Shown here one piece after another: positions 27,103-41,450 of a stretch of 64,000 nt of DNA. Under the pieces are notes generated by a model, which had not been told where the DNA came from, did not search any database, and saw only the letters and a program-made list of their open reading frames with translations. The DNA is from Lama guanicoe. Its lineage: Eukaryota. Each line of letters starts with the position of its first letter. Position 1 is the first letter of the stretch. The DNA is taken from contig MU054212.1 in the NCBI GenBank assembly GCA_013239625.1, positions 8,331,084 through 8,395,083 on the forward strand, written 5' to 3'. The translations under genes and the position numbers were made by a program.

Positions 27103-28264
27103 TAATTACTTTTTAAACAGAGAATCTGATTGAATTAAATGTCGGTAAAACTCAATGGACATTGAACTTTACTGATTTCCTCATTTGTATAAAAGCACCA
27201 AAATCCAGGGTCTTATGTCGTGATAGGCTGTCCAGAAATTCATCTCACTAAAACTGCGTAAGACCCTGTAAAGGTTGTCTTGTGATGCCTGAAACATGTT
27301 CACAGCTGATTTATGCCAGAACAGGGGACATGAAGAACGCTGAAGGACAGTCATCAGAGCCGTTAAGGGTTCCCATTTCCAAGGTAAGGTGTAGTCTTCT
27401 CTATTACATGCTGCACTTGCCAATATTTGGGTAATGTCAGTCTTGTTTGGACAGACTTTTCTTCATCTCCCTTGTTTCTTTATGTTAAGGTGATCATCAG
27501 CTTTATACAAGCACCCAGATAGCGCTGGTCGTTATCAGAACATTCACTGTGTTTAGGCCACTCCCTGAAGACATGCCGAGCCACCTTAATGCTTTCACTG
27601 AGATTATTTACAATATAAATTGTAAAGGAGATTATTTTTTCCTACATAGGAAATTATTTAGTATCATTAACAATATGTAGGTTCTTAATATTGTACATCA
27701 ACTATATCTCAACTTAAAAATTGGAAAAAAAACCAAAAAACCAGTATGTGGGTTCTTGTGAGTTTTCATAAGAGATGAGTAAAGTTCCTTTACTCACCTG
27801 CTTCCTAACAAGGACCCTGGACATTTCAGCCTAGGTCTTCAGCTACATATTCTTTTGGGTCTCCTCAATCCCATTCTCATATTTTGCATCTGGAACAGAA
27901 AATAAAATAGGAAATTAACTCTTTGGTCTAAGAACTCCAATGCTCAAATAATGGAGAATATTCATTTATGTACTGAGTAACTCATATTTCTTTCCAACAG
28001 GGAAAACGTACTTGTCTAAAAAGGAACATACTAGGTCATCATTTGTGTTAATAATGGAAACATTGTAGAACATATCTGAGAATGTCTTTTCAAGAGCTGC
28101 ACTGGGGATGGAAATATGATTTAAGTTTTAGGATCTCAAACATCTGAATTGACACTATACTGAAAAGCAGAAAAGCAAACGATGCTGACAGAAAGTATTC
28201 TACATTCTCTCCTGTGGCTTTTATAACCTTTCAAAGGAAACTGGTGCCCACTGAAACCACCGAT

Positions 28265-30427
<2,163 letters not shown>

Positions 30428-31789
30428 TTGGACTGGGAATAGTTCAGGACCACCAGGCTTTAATCTTCAAGGAGGTGAGACTCTCCTCATGGACACTCCT
30501 TAAATATGATTAAAGAGACAAGTGGAAACAAGACAAAGACAAGTGCTTCTTAGAACAATATAACCAAGATTAGAGACATAAGACTGTACAGAAAGTACTG
30601 CCCTTAATCTTGACATAAACCATGCTTTCAAAGAATACTTCCTTCTTTAAGAAAATCAAAGAGCTTAAATGCATTAACTCATATGCATGAGTAATTTGCA
30701 ACTTATTCTGAAAATCATGCCCACGAGGCTGACTAAATAGCACAGAGATCAGCCAGGGCTGCAGAGGAGCTCCTGAAGACTAGAAATAAGGGAAGCCTGA
30801 GTAAAGTTATAACTCTGGGGCAAGCTCAAAGAGCCAATTAATTTTTCCAGCCTGCCACAAGGAGCCCTAAGTTTCATGAGAGAAGTATTTTTGTGTGTTT
30901 TTTTTTGACATTTACTAATTTTTAAAACATTACTTTGGTATTAAATGAACCACTCAAAAGAAAAAAGTAATCGCATATTCCTTCATTTTAATGTATTTCC
31001 ACTTTTTCATGTTCATATCTACTGCTCATCTGTAATGTCTATATTATTTACATACCCATCTCTTTATTGTAGAATATTGAGGTTATATCTAATTTTTACT
31101 ATTATAAATAATGCTAGGAGGCACATCTTGAGAAAAATACACTGTTTTTCTCCTTTCAAATTATTTCCTTCAAGGATGTCCCAAGAACTTGACTTATTGG
31201 GGTCAAAGGAAGAGTGGCAAATGTCTTGCTATGTATTATCAAATAAATTATAGGAAAGGGTATCAAATCACAATTTCACCAGCAACATAGTGATGTATGG
31301 GGGCAGTGGTTTCTCCCAGTATCACCAGCTTGTTAGCAGGAAGGGGTGGGACACTTTCCTTAGTAGCATTTTAGCAGATTTATCACTAGTAACTGATGAC
31401 TAGTTAAAAATATACATGCCCCTATTTTTTCTTTATCATTTTTCTCCCACTTCACTGAGAACTCTTCTAAGCACTGAATGATATGTAGGGGACCCGAACA
31501 AAGCCTGTGGCTGCATAAAGCTTATACTCTAGCAGGGGAGTCAAAGTTGTTACCAAATAAATGATAAAACTTTATAACAGTGATGTGCTGCACTTGAAAC
31601 GGCAACAGCTGACATACGGAGAATTTACTATGTGCTAAGCACTCTTCTAAGCATCTTAATAAATATAAACTCATTTAAATCCTCACAAAAGCACTATAAG
31701 GATATTTTCATCGCCATGTTGTAGATGAGGAACCCGCCAGGGCAAGTTCGGGCAAGATCAGGTCAAGCTCAGGTAAGGAGACCAAAGAC

Positions 31790-32960
31790 AAACGGAGCAG
31801 GGCTGGGGTCTGAGTCCGGGTCATCCACACTTTCTACGGTGTTGAGAGGTCCAGAGCCGGTGGCCGGGGTCCCGGCCCAGAGAAGGAGCAGCAGACCCAG
31901 ATGATTCTGGCCCAAAACAGAATCTGGGGTCGAGACACGAGGGGCAGGAAGGGTTTGAGGCCACGTGTTTGGAGCCGTCTAGGGAAGTTACAAAGGGAGC
32001 CCCTAGGCTAACGCAGCCTCTGGAAGTCGCAGGAGAGTGGCCGCCGTCCGGGACGCACTCTCTCCGGTACCAAGAGCCGAATGTATAACTGCTCTCGGCT
32101 CTACCCAAGAGACCTAACCCCTCAGTACCGCCGAACCCCCAATACTGCCCGAGGGTCTGTAACAAACCGGGTGCCCAGAAGGGAGATGTCGCCCAGAATC
32201 GCAGATCCAGGGGTCTTCCCTGAGGGGACCGACTCTGTCTTGGAAATACCTCCTCCAGCGAGCCGGCCCCCGACGGTCCCGGGACACCTTCCTCCACCAC
32301 ACGACGCCGCTCGCCGATGGGGACCCAACTCCGCGAGCCCGCACGAGGCGAATGGGCGTGGGGGGGAGGGTGCGCCGGAGGGCAGGTAAGCGCGCGGGGG
32401 GTGATGGGAGGCGGTCCGGCTTTCAGGGCGGAGGTCAAGGGTCACCGAGCGCCTGGGGGAGGACGAGGAGAGGCGGTGCGTGGACGCGCTGCGAGAGGCC
32501 AGGAGGTGAGGGGACGAGGTGGGGGCCGTGGAGAAGCGCCGGGAGGCGTGAGGAAGAGGTAGCTGGGGTGGGAGGGGAAGAGGTATGAAGAGGGGGTGCG
32601 CCGTAGCGCGTTGGGAGGGGTGGGGGCGGCTGTCGTGAGGTGGCGCCAAGGCCGCGGCCATCCCTTCCCCGCCCCCCAGGTGACCGACGCTTCTTCCCGA
32701 GGCCTAGTGGTGCGAATATCCCTCAGCTCTCACCTCCGGCCTGGGAAGGACGACCCCGCGTTGTGGGGGAGAAAAGGGGGGAAGCGCCCCATTGGAAGCT
32801 GCTTCCGGTCCTCTGGGCGGGGAGGGGGCGGGGCTCGGGATGCCCGAATGGTTGCCATGGAGACGAGCCACCGCCGCCACCTCAGGCTCCCGGAGAGGCA
32901 GCTCTCGGAATAGGGGAAGAGCAAAACCCCGATGGATGCAAGTCCAGCAGCTTGGGGTCC
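31790..32960. promoter_or_regulatory. CpG island / ZNF396 promoter
   Basis: High GC and CpG content; ETS site within 32799-32810, GC boxes GGGCGG at 32815-32833, RFX X-box GTTGCCATGGAGAC at 32851-32864. Confidence 0.9.
32734..32805 (-). other. ZNF396: Putative ZNF396 non-coding exon 1
   Basis: Strong donor GAG|GTGAGA at 32733, about 70 nt downstream of the ETS site CCGGAAG; the TSS is approximate. Confidence 0.6.
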
Positions 32961-34559
32961 CCGTTCAGAGAAGCCAACATTATTATTTCTCAGAGTACTT
33001 TTAGTTCATATTATTTCGTTTACTCGTCCAGTAACCCAGTATGGTTATTCCTATTTTACAGGGAATAAACCCGAAGTTTCTGTGACTTTCCCGAGATCAC
33101 AGGGGAGACCTATGTGCTGTCTACCGCTACGCACAACTTTCCTGTAATTCCGTCTGCTCCCGTGAGGTTGGCTACACTCCCAAGTATTGTTGTAAGGAAC
33201 TGGTTTGACCCCTCCACACACACACCCCCCAACCCCATGCCTTCACAAGAGGAACTAATGGCCCTGGAAAAGGTGAGAACCCGCGCACGCATATATTTTC
33301 CCACCAATGCATATGTATTTTCTCGGAGAATATTAAGTAAATTTAAAAATAAATCTGAGTCTAAATGAAATACAAGGCCACAGCCCTTCATGCTGACTTC
33401 CTTCTCCACCCACTTTCCCTAGGAACTCTTGGGAATATACTTGGAGAGGGAAGTGGGGAATTAGGGAGAGGATTGAAAATTAATAAGGAACAATAACAAG
33501 AAAAAAATCTTTTTGGTATGAGCAAAAACAAACAAAAAAGGTATGTTAGTACCGAAGTCTGAAGTGGTAAGAGAAAAGGCTGGCTTATTCAGTCTATACC
33601 AGATCTAGGGAATTAGGAGAGACACTTACACCGTAATTGACCTACAATGACGTTAAATTTGAAGAATTTTTAAAATTGTTTCTCAAATTTTTCAAACTTT
33701 TTTAAAATGTTTAAGAGATGTATATAGTTGATTGAAATTCCATTTAGCACATTTTTTTCATATGAGTGAATATAAGAGCTTTAGTGTGACACATTTTTTC
33801 TCAACAAAAATCTTTTATGGGTGTAAATTTAAAAATTATTCCATTGTAGAAGACTTTTTGCATTTATTTCACTTCTGTTATATCACCTTGCTTTTAATGT
33901 AGTGTTTCTTTTTATTATTACTTCTTTTTAGTAACTTCTAACATAGCACAAACAACTATGACCACTAGAGAAAAAGTTAACAAATATTTCAAATTGTATG
34001 TATCAAAAATGTTCCTAAAAATGCTTTAATAAGTGTTAAGTTGGTGAAGAATTTTTTTTTAAAGAATTCTTCAACAGAGGGCTTTCATGGGATAAGACTT
34101 TTTTGCTGAGGTAACTGCTAACAGAAATAACCCAAAAGTGTACAAGGGAATCTGTTTATGGTGACAGTTGGTAGATTAAGTGACTCAAGGTAATGAGGAG
34201 TCTGAAACAATTCCTCAAGGGCAATGTTTGGCTGTAGAGTGAAGTCTTAGAAGGTGGTTTGAGGAGAAAATGGATAGCAGTCAAAAACTACAAGGAGAAT
34301 AAGGAACTGTGAAAAGCCACATGATTTGGTAAGAAGTCAGGAGTGAATTCATCAGTTAGGATTCTACCAAATAGCTACAGCCAAGAAGCTAAAGTTTTTG
34401 TTTTGTTTTGTTTTTTAAAGGATCAAATGTAAAAGATTGTCTACAATAGTTCACAGTAGTTCACAGTAAACTAGATAAAGGACAGGCTTTTGTTTGTTTT
34501 AATGTTTGGGGGTAGAGAGGAAAGAAATGAGTAGGAACAAGGTCCCAGTAGAGTGTGCA

Positions 34560-35320
34560 TGTAGTATATACCAGATTCATGGTAAATACTGGGAATTCAA
34601 ATGTAAGATACAGATTTTTGCTCTTTAAGAACTGATAGACTACTTAAGGAGAAGAGTATGTAAATTGGCTATTCCAATCTAAGTGGCAGATGTTTGGATG
34701 CAGCTATCTACAGGATGCTATAAAAGCACAAAGAAAGGAAGATGCTGGGGTGGGGGTGGATAGACAGGGATTGGAGCTGTTGGAGAGCTGAGTGTTGATA
34801 CATTTCAGACTGAGGGACCAGAGTGGAATATTTAGATTGAAGGATGTCAGGTTAGGAGGGGCTGAGGATGGTGAAGAAGTAAGCAGGGGTCTAGTGTTTA
34901 AAGATTTGGCAGGCCAGGTAAAAGGCTGTGAACTAAAATTTTAGGCAGGGTCTTGAGTGAGTGGCTCAAGCATATCTGCAATTCAGATAGAACTCTCTGA
35001 TGACGATGTGTATTGGAGGATGGATTTGAAAGGAGCCCAAACTCAAGGGAGGGCCACCAGCTCTGAAGCTATTACAGGGATCCAGGCTGCATCTGATGGA
35101 GGTCTGAACTAGTCTGAAGGAGTGAGGATGGAGGCACATTTCAGGAAACATTCGGGAGGCTGATGTTTGCTTGGATGGTAGGCTGACAGCTGGGTGGATA
35201 ATGTATCATTAAAGAAATTTTAAAAACGATGGTATGAGTAGGTTTGACAGTGGCCTATGTGGACATTTGAGGGGAGTTTTCGGTAGACTGAATCTGAGGC
35301 TGAATGAGATGCTATAATCA
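34560..35320 (-). mobile_element. LINE-2 fragments
   Basis: Purine-rich decayed L2 reverse sequence (gaagctattacagggatccagg, gatgtttgcttggatgg). Confidence 0.5.
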
Positions 35321-35999
35321 ATGCCATACAATCATACAATACATAATTAGACATTTTGTGAGATTATGTGAAAACAAATATCAAATGTGCTCTACATCTG
35401 AATGCTTCCTGTGTATAAGTATATTAAACTCCCTATAAATTTTATAAGCTACTTATTACACAGTGAAGGAAGAGAGCAATCACTTCAGAATGACATTATA
35501 GAGACTTTCATTCCTCAACTTCTGTTCCCCTTCATCACTACACCCTTTCATCCTAACGTATTTGTTTTCTACCTGGTTAGAAGCTTTTAGTGGTGTGGCT
35601 CTGTTTCCCATTTTTTCCTTGCCTAGGGTATGCGGGGCAGGTGTATTGGAGACAAGATGCCATATTTCTGTAAGGATAATAGGTTAGGAAGTCAAGAAAT
35701 TTAGTTTTAGAAATAAAAAAACAATTTGCCTGCAATGGAACTATGATTTCCAGAGAGTGGTGAATAATAGAGTGTCTGTAGGAAGTCCAGATGGGGGTAC
35801 ACATTGAATAGCTATGAGAGTTTGGATGGGGGACCCATATGTCCATTTGTGAAAGACATAAATGAAGTACCAAGTTAGGAAAACAGCTAAGGAAGCATCC
35901 CAAACTGAGTTCATCTTTTCCCTGTTATACCAACTGGCCATGCTCTCCCAGTTCCTTGCTTTGATAGTGAAAACTGCTGTTAACTCCATATTCCAGGCA

Positions 36000-36150
36000 G
36001 AAGTACAGTCATTGGATGGAGGGCCCACCCTAATCCAGTATGCCCTCATCTTAACTAATTACATCTGCAAAAAATGTGCATTACTAAATAAGGTCACATT
36101 CTGAGCTTCCATGGGGACATGAACTTTGAGGGGACACTATTCAACCTAAT
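36000..36150 (-). mobile_element. MLT1 LTR terminal fragment
   Basis: gggcccaccctaatccagtatgccctcatcttaactaattacatctgcaa...aataaggtcacattctgag. Confidence 0.75.
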
Positions 36151-36514
36151 TCAGTGCCTTTGCCAGCTAAACTGTTTATTGAAATTCACTCTTCTTTGCC
36201 TGCTCTGTAAACATGAAAGTGGCCTCCTAAACAGGTTCCCTTTACCAACAAGCATGATGTTGTGTTTTGTCAGTAGGGAACGCTGCAGGACGAAGGGGCT
36301 TCCCTTCCTTGTTCTGATGTGCTGGCTCAGCATGTGGCTCTCCAGCACCCAGCATGTGGCTCTCCCTTGAGTAGTTTCCTTCTGTATCCTCTTGGGCAGT
36401 TTGGAGTCACAGTGTCTCCAGTGAGATACCTCCCTTGTACTCCTGAGGGAAGATTTCCAGCAAGATCCACTACCATGGCGCAAGAGTTCTCTCTATCCAG
36501 TGAGCTATGACTGC

Positions 36515-38170
36515 ACTACAGAGGAGGCTTCTAGTAATCAAGTGGCCAGAATGATACACTCTGTGTACATAAGTCGGCCCTTACCCAAGTCACCCCAGAG
36601 CTTGCTCCATAGGCCATAATGAAGTGGCCACAGTGGGAGAGATGGAGGCTATGCATAGGCTCAAAGACACGGACTTGAGCTACCCGAGACTGACCTGGTT
36701 ACAGTCTGTCAACAGCAGAGACCAGTGTTAAGACTCTCAAATGGCACTGGTACCACTCCCCATGGGGACCAACCAGCCACCTGGGGGCAGGTTGATTATA
36801 CTGGATCTCTTTCTTCATAGATGAGGCAGAGATTCACCCTCCCTGGAATATACGTGTATTCCAAATATGGATTTGTCTTCCCTGAACATGACACTTCAGC
36901 CTTACCATCTGGGTACTTATGGGTTGCTTTATGCATTATTTTGGTATTCTGCACAGAGTTCTCATCAAAAGCTCATTTCACAGCAAAGGAACTAGAGCAA
37001 TGGGCTTATGCCCATGGAGTCACCTGGTCTTACTGCCTTCCTCATCACCTCAGAGCAGTTAGTTGGCCTAATTGAAATTTGGAATGACTTTCTGAAGACT
37101 CCATTGTGGTGCTAGTTGGGAGACAACCCCCCCAGAACAATGGGATTCTGTCTTACAGTGTGGAGTATATGCTTTGAATCAGTGACTGTTGTGTGATGTT
37201 CTCTCTCCCATAGTCAGAACACATGGATCTGGGCTTCAAGGGGTGGAAGTGGGAGTGGCTCCTTTCACTCTCAAACTCAGCAACTCATTTGCAGAAATTT
37301 TCTTTCTTCCCCCAAAAGTTTGAGTAATACTGGTTTGGAAGTCATAGTCCCCAGGGGAGGAAGATTTCCACCAGCAGACACAGTAGTTCAGTTGAATTGG
37401 AAAGTGAACATGCCTTCTGGACATTTTGGAGCTCTTATTCTATTTATCAATTGGCAAAAAAAAAAAAAAAGGAAAAGCAGTTACTCTAGGCTTTAGGTAA
37501 GGTGCCTGAACTTGGGCTGCTACTGCTCAATGCAGGCAAAGAGGACTATGAAACCTAGGGGATTATATGAGAGTGACTCTTAGTACTTCCACACCCAGGA
37601 GTAAAATTAAATGGAAAGCTACAGAAACCGGGAAGGGTGGGACTGAAGACTCAGAGTCTCTGGGAGTGAAGGTCTGGGTCACTCTAGTAGGTAAAGAACC
37701 CCAACCAGCTGACTTTCTGCCTGAGGATGGAGAAAATGTGATGTGGACAGGGCAGTGGAAAGGGAGAGATGGTAACATTGACAGCCTCATAACAGGAATC
37801 ATAGAAACAACGGCGGAAGTAGCTTCTTATATTTCCTATTTGCTCATTACATACATGTGTTTATTGTATATGGTAACTGTGTTCTTCTGTCTCCTTTCTG
37901 TTGTTATTTTACATACACAGAGTTGAAAGTTAGCTTTACAATTTATTCTTTAGGTAACAGAACATTCAGTAGGACTCTGCTTGAATTTGAGGACTGATTA
38001 ATATAACCAGCGATGGATACAGTGCCTGTGGAGACTGGGCACCTCTACATTTTGAGGAAAGGTGTTTTACTTTGAAGACAGAAAATTGTATTTTGTTATG
38101 GGAAGAATTAGAGTTGTCTTATTGATGCACAGAAGTTCAAAGAAGGGTGCTCAGGGAACTGAAGAGCCAA
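36515..38170 (+). mobile_element. Decayed ERV-L (ERVL-E-like) internal region: pol integrase and 3' flank
   Basis: Reads through frameshifts as ERVL pol: SGHSGRDGGYA*AQRHGL..., PHGDQPATWGQVDYTGSL..., RQRFTLPGIYVYSKYGFVFP. Confidence 0.85.
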
Positions 38171-38799
38171 AGGGTTCTCCTGCTTGTATCTCTGTGCTGT
38201 TGCTCGAGCTCTTCTTTGAACCTGTAAGTGTCTCTTATCCTCTCAAATCTGAGTCACAGCTTGTTTCACCATGAGGTTGCTTCCAGCTGCCCTACTCTAC
38301 AGTGATTTTTTTCTTCTCACGGCCTTGAAGAACTTGACTGTATCACACATTTAACACCTAATTATATTCTGAATGTAATTTTCCTCCTATTACTTGTTGT
38401 ATTCCCCTGCCCCTCCACCAGCACCAGTCCACTTGATCCTGAGCTCTTTTAAGACTGTCTCATTCCTTCTTTGCATTATCCATCAAAAATATACACATGA
38501 ATACATACACAATTGAATACCCCTTAATTAAATAACTGTCCTTATTCACTTACTACACTAATTAATCTGCTTCTTGCTCCAAATTCAGTGTTTCAGCTAA
38601 TACAATGTTTCCCAACCTAATCTAGCTAGAAATCACCTTTGACATTAATATGTAATTTCTCAAAATTATTTGGAAATTTTTGCAAATTCATCAACTTTTG
38701 CTTGATAATAGAGCAGAGATTTATGTAAAATATTTTATTTTGGATTAATATATCAAAGTTATTTTAAGATATACTATATAACATTTATAATGTGACTTA

Positions 38800-39845
38800 A
38801 AATGATAGTTCTTTCTAAAGTTATCTGCAGATTTAATGCAATCCCAATAAAAATTTCAATACTTTTCTATAAATTAAAAAACTGATACTAACATTTATAT
38901 GGAAATGCAAAGAATTAAGAAAAGCCAAGGCACTCTTCTTTTTTCAATTGAAATATAGTTGATGCACAATATTGTATGTTACAGATGTACAATATAGTGA
39001 TTCACAACTTTTAAAAGTTACATTTCATGTATAGTTATTGTAAAATATTGGCTATATTCCCTGTGTTGTACAGTATACCCTTGTAACTTATTTTGTCATA
39101 ATGGTTTGTACCTCTTAATCCTCAATTCCTTATATTGTCTCTCCCTCCTTCCCTATCCCAACTGGAACCTCTAGTTTGTTCTCTATATCTGTAAGTCTGG
39201 TTTTTTTTTGTTATATTCACCAGTTTGTTGTATTTTTTATACTCCACATGTAAGTGATATCATATGGCATTTGTCTTTCTCTGTCTGACTTTTTTCACTT
39301 AGCATTAATACCCTCCAAGTCCATCCATATTGTTGCAAATGGCAAATTTTCATTCATTTTTATGACTGAGTAGTATTCCACTACATATATATGTATCTAT
39401 GTATATCTCTCTATATATATCACATCTTCTTTATCCATTCATCTGTTGATGGACACTTAATTTGCTTCCATATTTTGGCAATTTTAAATAATACTGCCAT
39501 GAACACTGGGGTGCATGAATCTTTTCAAATTAATATTTTGGAATTTTTGTTGGATATATACCCAGGAATGGAATTGCTGGATCATATGGTAGTTCTAGTT
39601 TTAATTTTTTTGAGAAACCTCCATACTGTTTTCCACAGTGGCTGCACTAATTTACATCCCAACCAACAGTATACGAGAGCTCCCTTTTCTTCACCTCCTG
39701 GCTAACATTTGTTGGTTTTAGGTGTACTACATAGTGTTTTGACATTTGTATACATTAAGAAATGATTACCACAATAGATCTAGTAACCATCTGTCGCTGT
39801 ACAAAGTTATTACCATATTATTGACTGTATTCCTTATGCTTATGG
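38800..39845 (-). mobile_element. L1MA-like 3' ends (38940-39710 and 39710-39845), next to a short plus-strand L1 piece (38800-38935)
   Basis: ttttttcaattgaaatatagttgat..., ccattcatctgttgatggacactta, aacctccatactgttttccacagtggctgcac. Confidence 0.85.
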
Positions 39846-40834
39846 TAAAGATTATTCATTAATATTGTATTATAACTATATTTAGAGTACTTATATACAA
39901 ATATAGAATGTTAATTTAAGATTAAATATTGAAAAGTATATTTATATTTAAATATATTTTAATTCATTAAGATTATATTATCACTACAATTAGAGGAGGA
40001 GGTGGTGCTGATAGGGAAAGAACTAAATCTCCATCTTCCAAGATAATTAATAGTGTTCTTTGCCTTCCTCTCCACAAGAGGGCGCAAGGTGAATAAGGTT
40101 TTCAAGTCCATTGTTTCAGCGAGGGCTTCTGGCTGTGACCAAGGGACTACCCTTCCATTTTGATAGAGTTGACAAACTGCTACTGTTAACATCTAAACAA
40201 TTGTCTTTGAGGTCAGGGAGTTGTTGGAGGGATATCCAGATAAAGAAGTCATGATTTAAAGCACTCGTAGCCTCGTGGGGTCACAGAGGGAACAAGAGCG
40301 ATACAATTGGAGGGCATGCTAGGGACCCAAGGAGGACGTCCCTGCAGGTGACGAGTTGCGGTGTTCCTTCTGAGAGGCTGGCATGGTTGGCAGGGATGCA
40401 TTTGGATGAGGCAGTGGGACGGGAGGGACGGCGCGTGGAGGGATGTGCTGTGGGAGCCCTGAGGTCCCAGGGCGGCGGTGGGAGTGCAGGAGTGTATACA
40501 CCAGCCGACTCAGGGGCTCTGATGGCAGGGGTGAGGGCTCGTAGCCAACACTGTCTGCAAACATGGGGCAGTTTCCGAGGTTAGTTCTCCCTTCTTTGTC
40601 CCTTGCAGTCTGCTCTGTTCCCTCAAGGCCCTGTGACCTTCACACACACATCCCTCCGCCCCCACCTTGCCCCCTCTATGACCTTCTTCAGTGTATCACA
40701 CCCTCTTCTCACACAGGTTTTTTCCCTTGTCCAGGGCCCTTTCCTCTTTGGGACTGGTATTTTCTTTCAGACTTTCCCCGCTTATCTGAGGGTTTGCTCC
40801 TTGGTCTCTAGGCCTCCTCTCCTCTCCTGGTCCT

Positions 40835-40888
40835 CCCCCCCCCCCCCCCCCCCCCACCCCCACCCCCCCACTCCCCCCCCCCCCCCCC
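40835..40888 (+). repeat. Interrupted poly-C tract (C21, C5, C7, C16)
   Basis: Read directly from the sequence. Confidence 0.95.
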
Positions 40889-41249
40889 ATTCTTCCCCCT
40901 GGTCTCACATCTGTCAGCACCCTCTCTCGAGGCCTGGAAAAGGACTGACTCTCAGGACCCCTGGGGCTCTGCTGAATATGACTGAAACTCTTTTCACACC
41001 TTAGATTTTACTTCTGTGGCCTGAACTTCATGCTGTACCCTCAGCATTTCAATCTAATATTTCAGAAGCAATAGCACTGCTTATGGACTCTGAACTTGAA
41101 ATGTGGAAAGGTCTGCACTGCCCTTTCCGAACCTACACCTGGTTCCAGGTGAGCTTGTCTGCCGTGTGACAGTGTGATGGAAATTACGCCAGACGAGGGG
41201 TTGTGATCACAGGCCCGCCCCCTGGTGCTGCCCTTCCTGGCCAGGGCAC

Positions 41250-41450
41250 CTGGGCAGGTGAACGTACCTCTCGGAGTCTCAGTCTCCTCATCTGTAAAAT
41301 AAAGCCAGTGAGAGCAATTACCCCAAAGGACTGCCCTGAGAAATAAATGAGCTAACAATAAATGAGGTAGTATTTCCTAAGCATCTAGGAAAACCTTTGC
41401 ACTAAAAGGAAACATTAAAAAAATGTAGCTATTATTATTATTGCTATTAT
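41250..41450 (+). mobile_element. MIR
   Basis: tgggcaggtgaacgtacctctcggagtctcagtctcctcatctgtaaaat. Confidence 0.75.

Noticed and set aside
31821..33068. Long overlapping ORFs in the ZNF396 CpG island
   Set aside because: Same GC-content artefact as in the ZNF24 island.
36515..37800. Domesticated or intact retroviral integrase gene
   Set aside because: Multiple stops and frameshifts; it is a decayed ERV-L.
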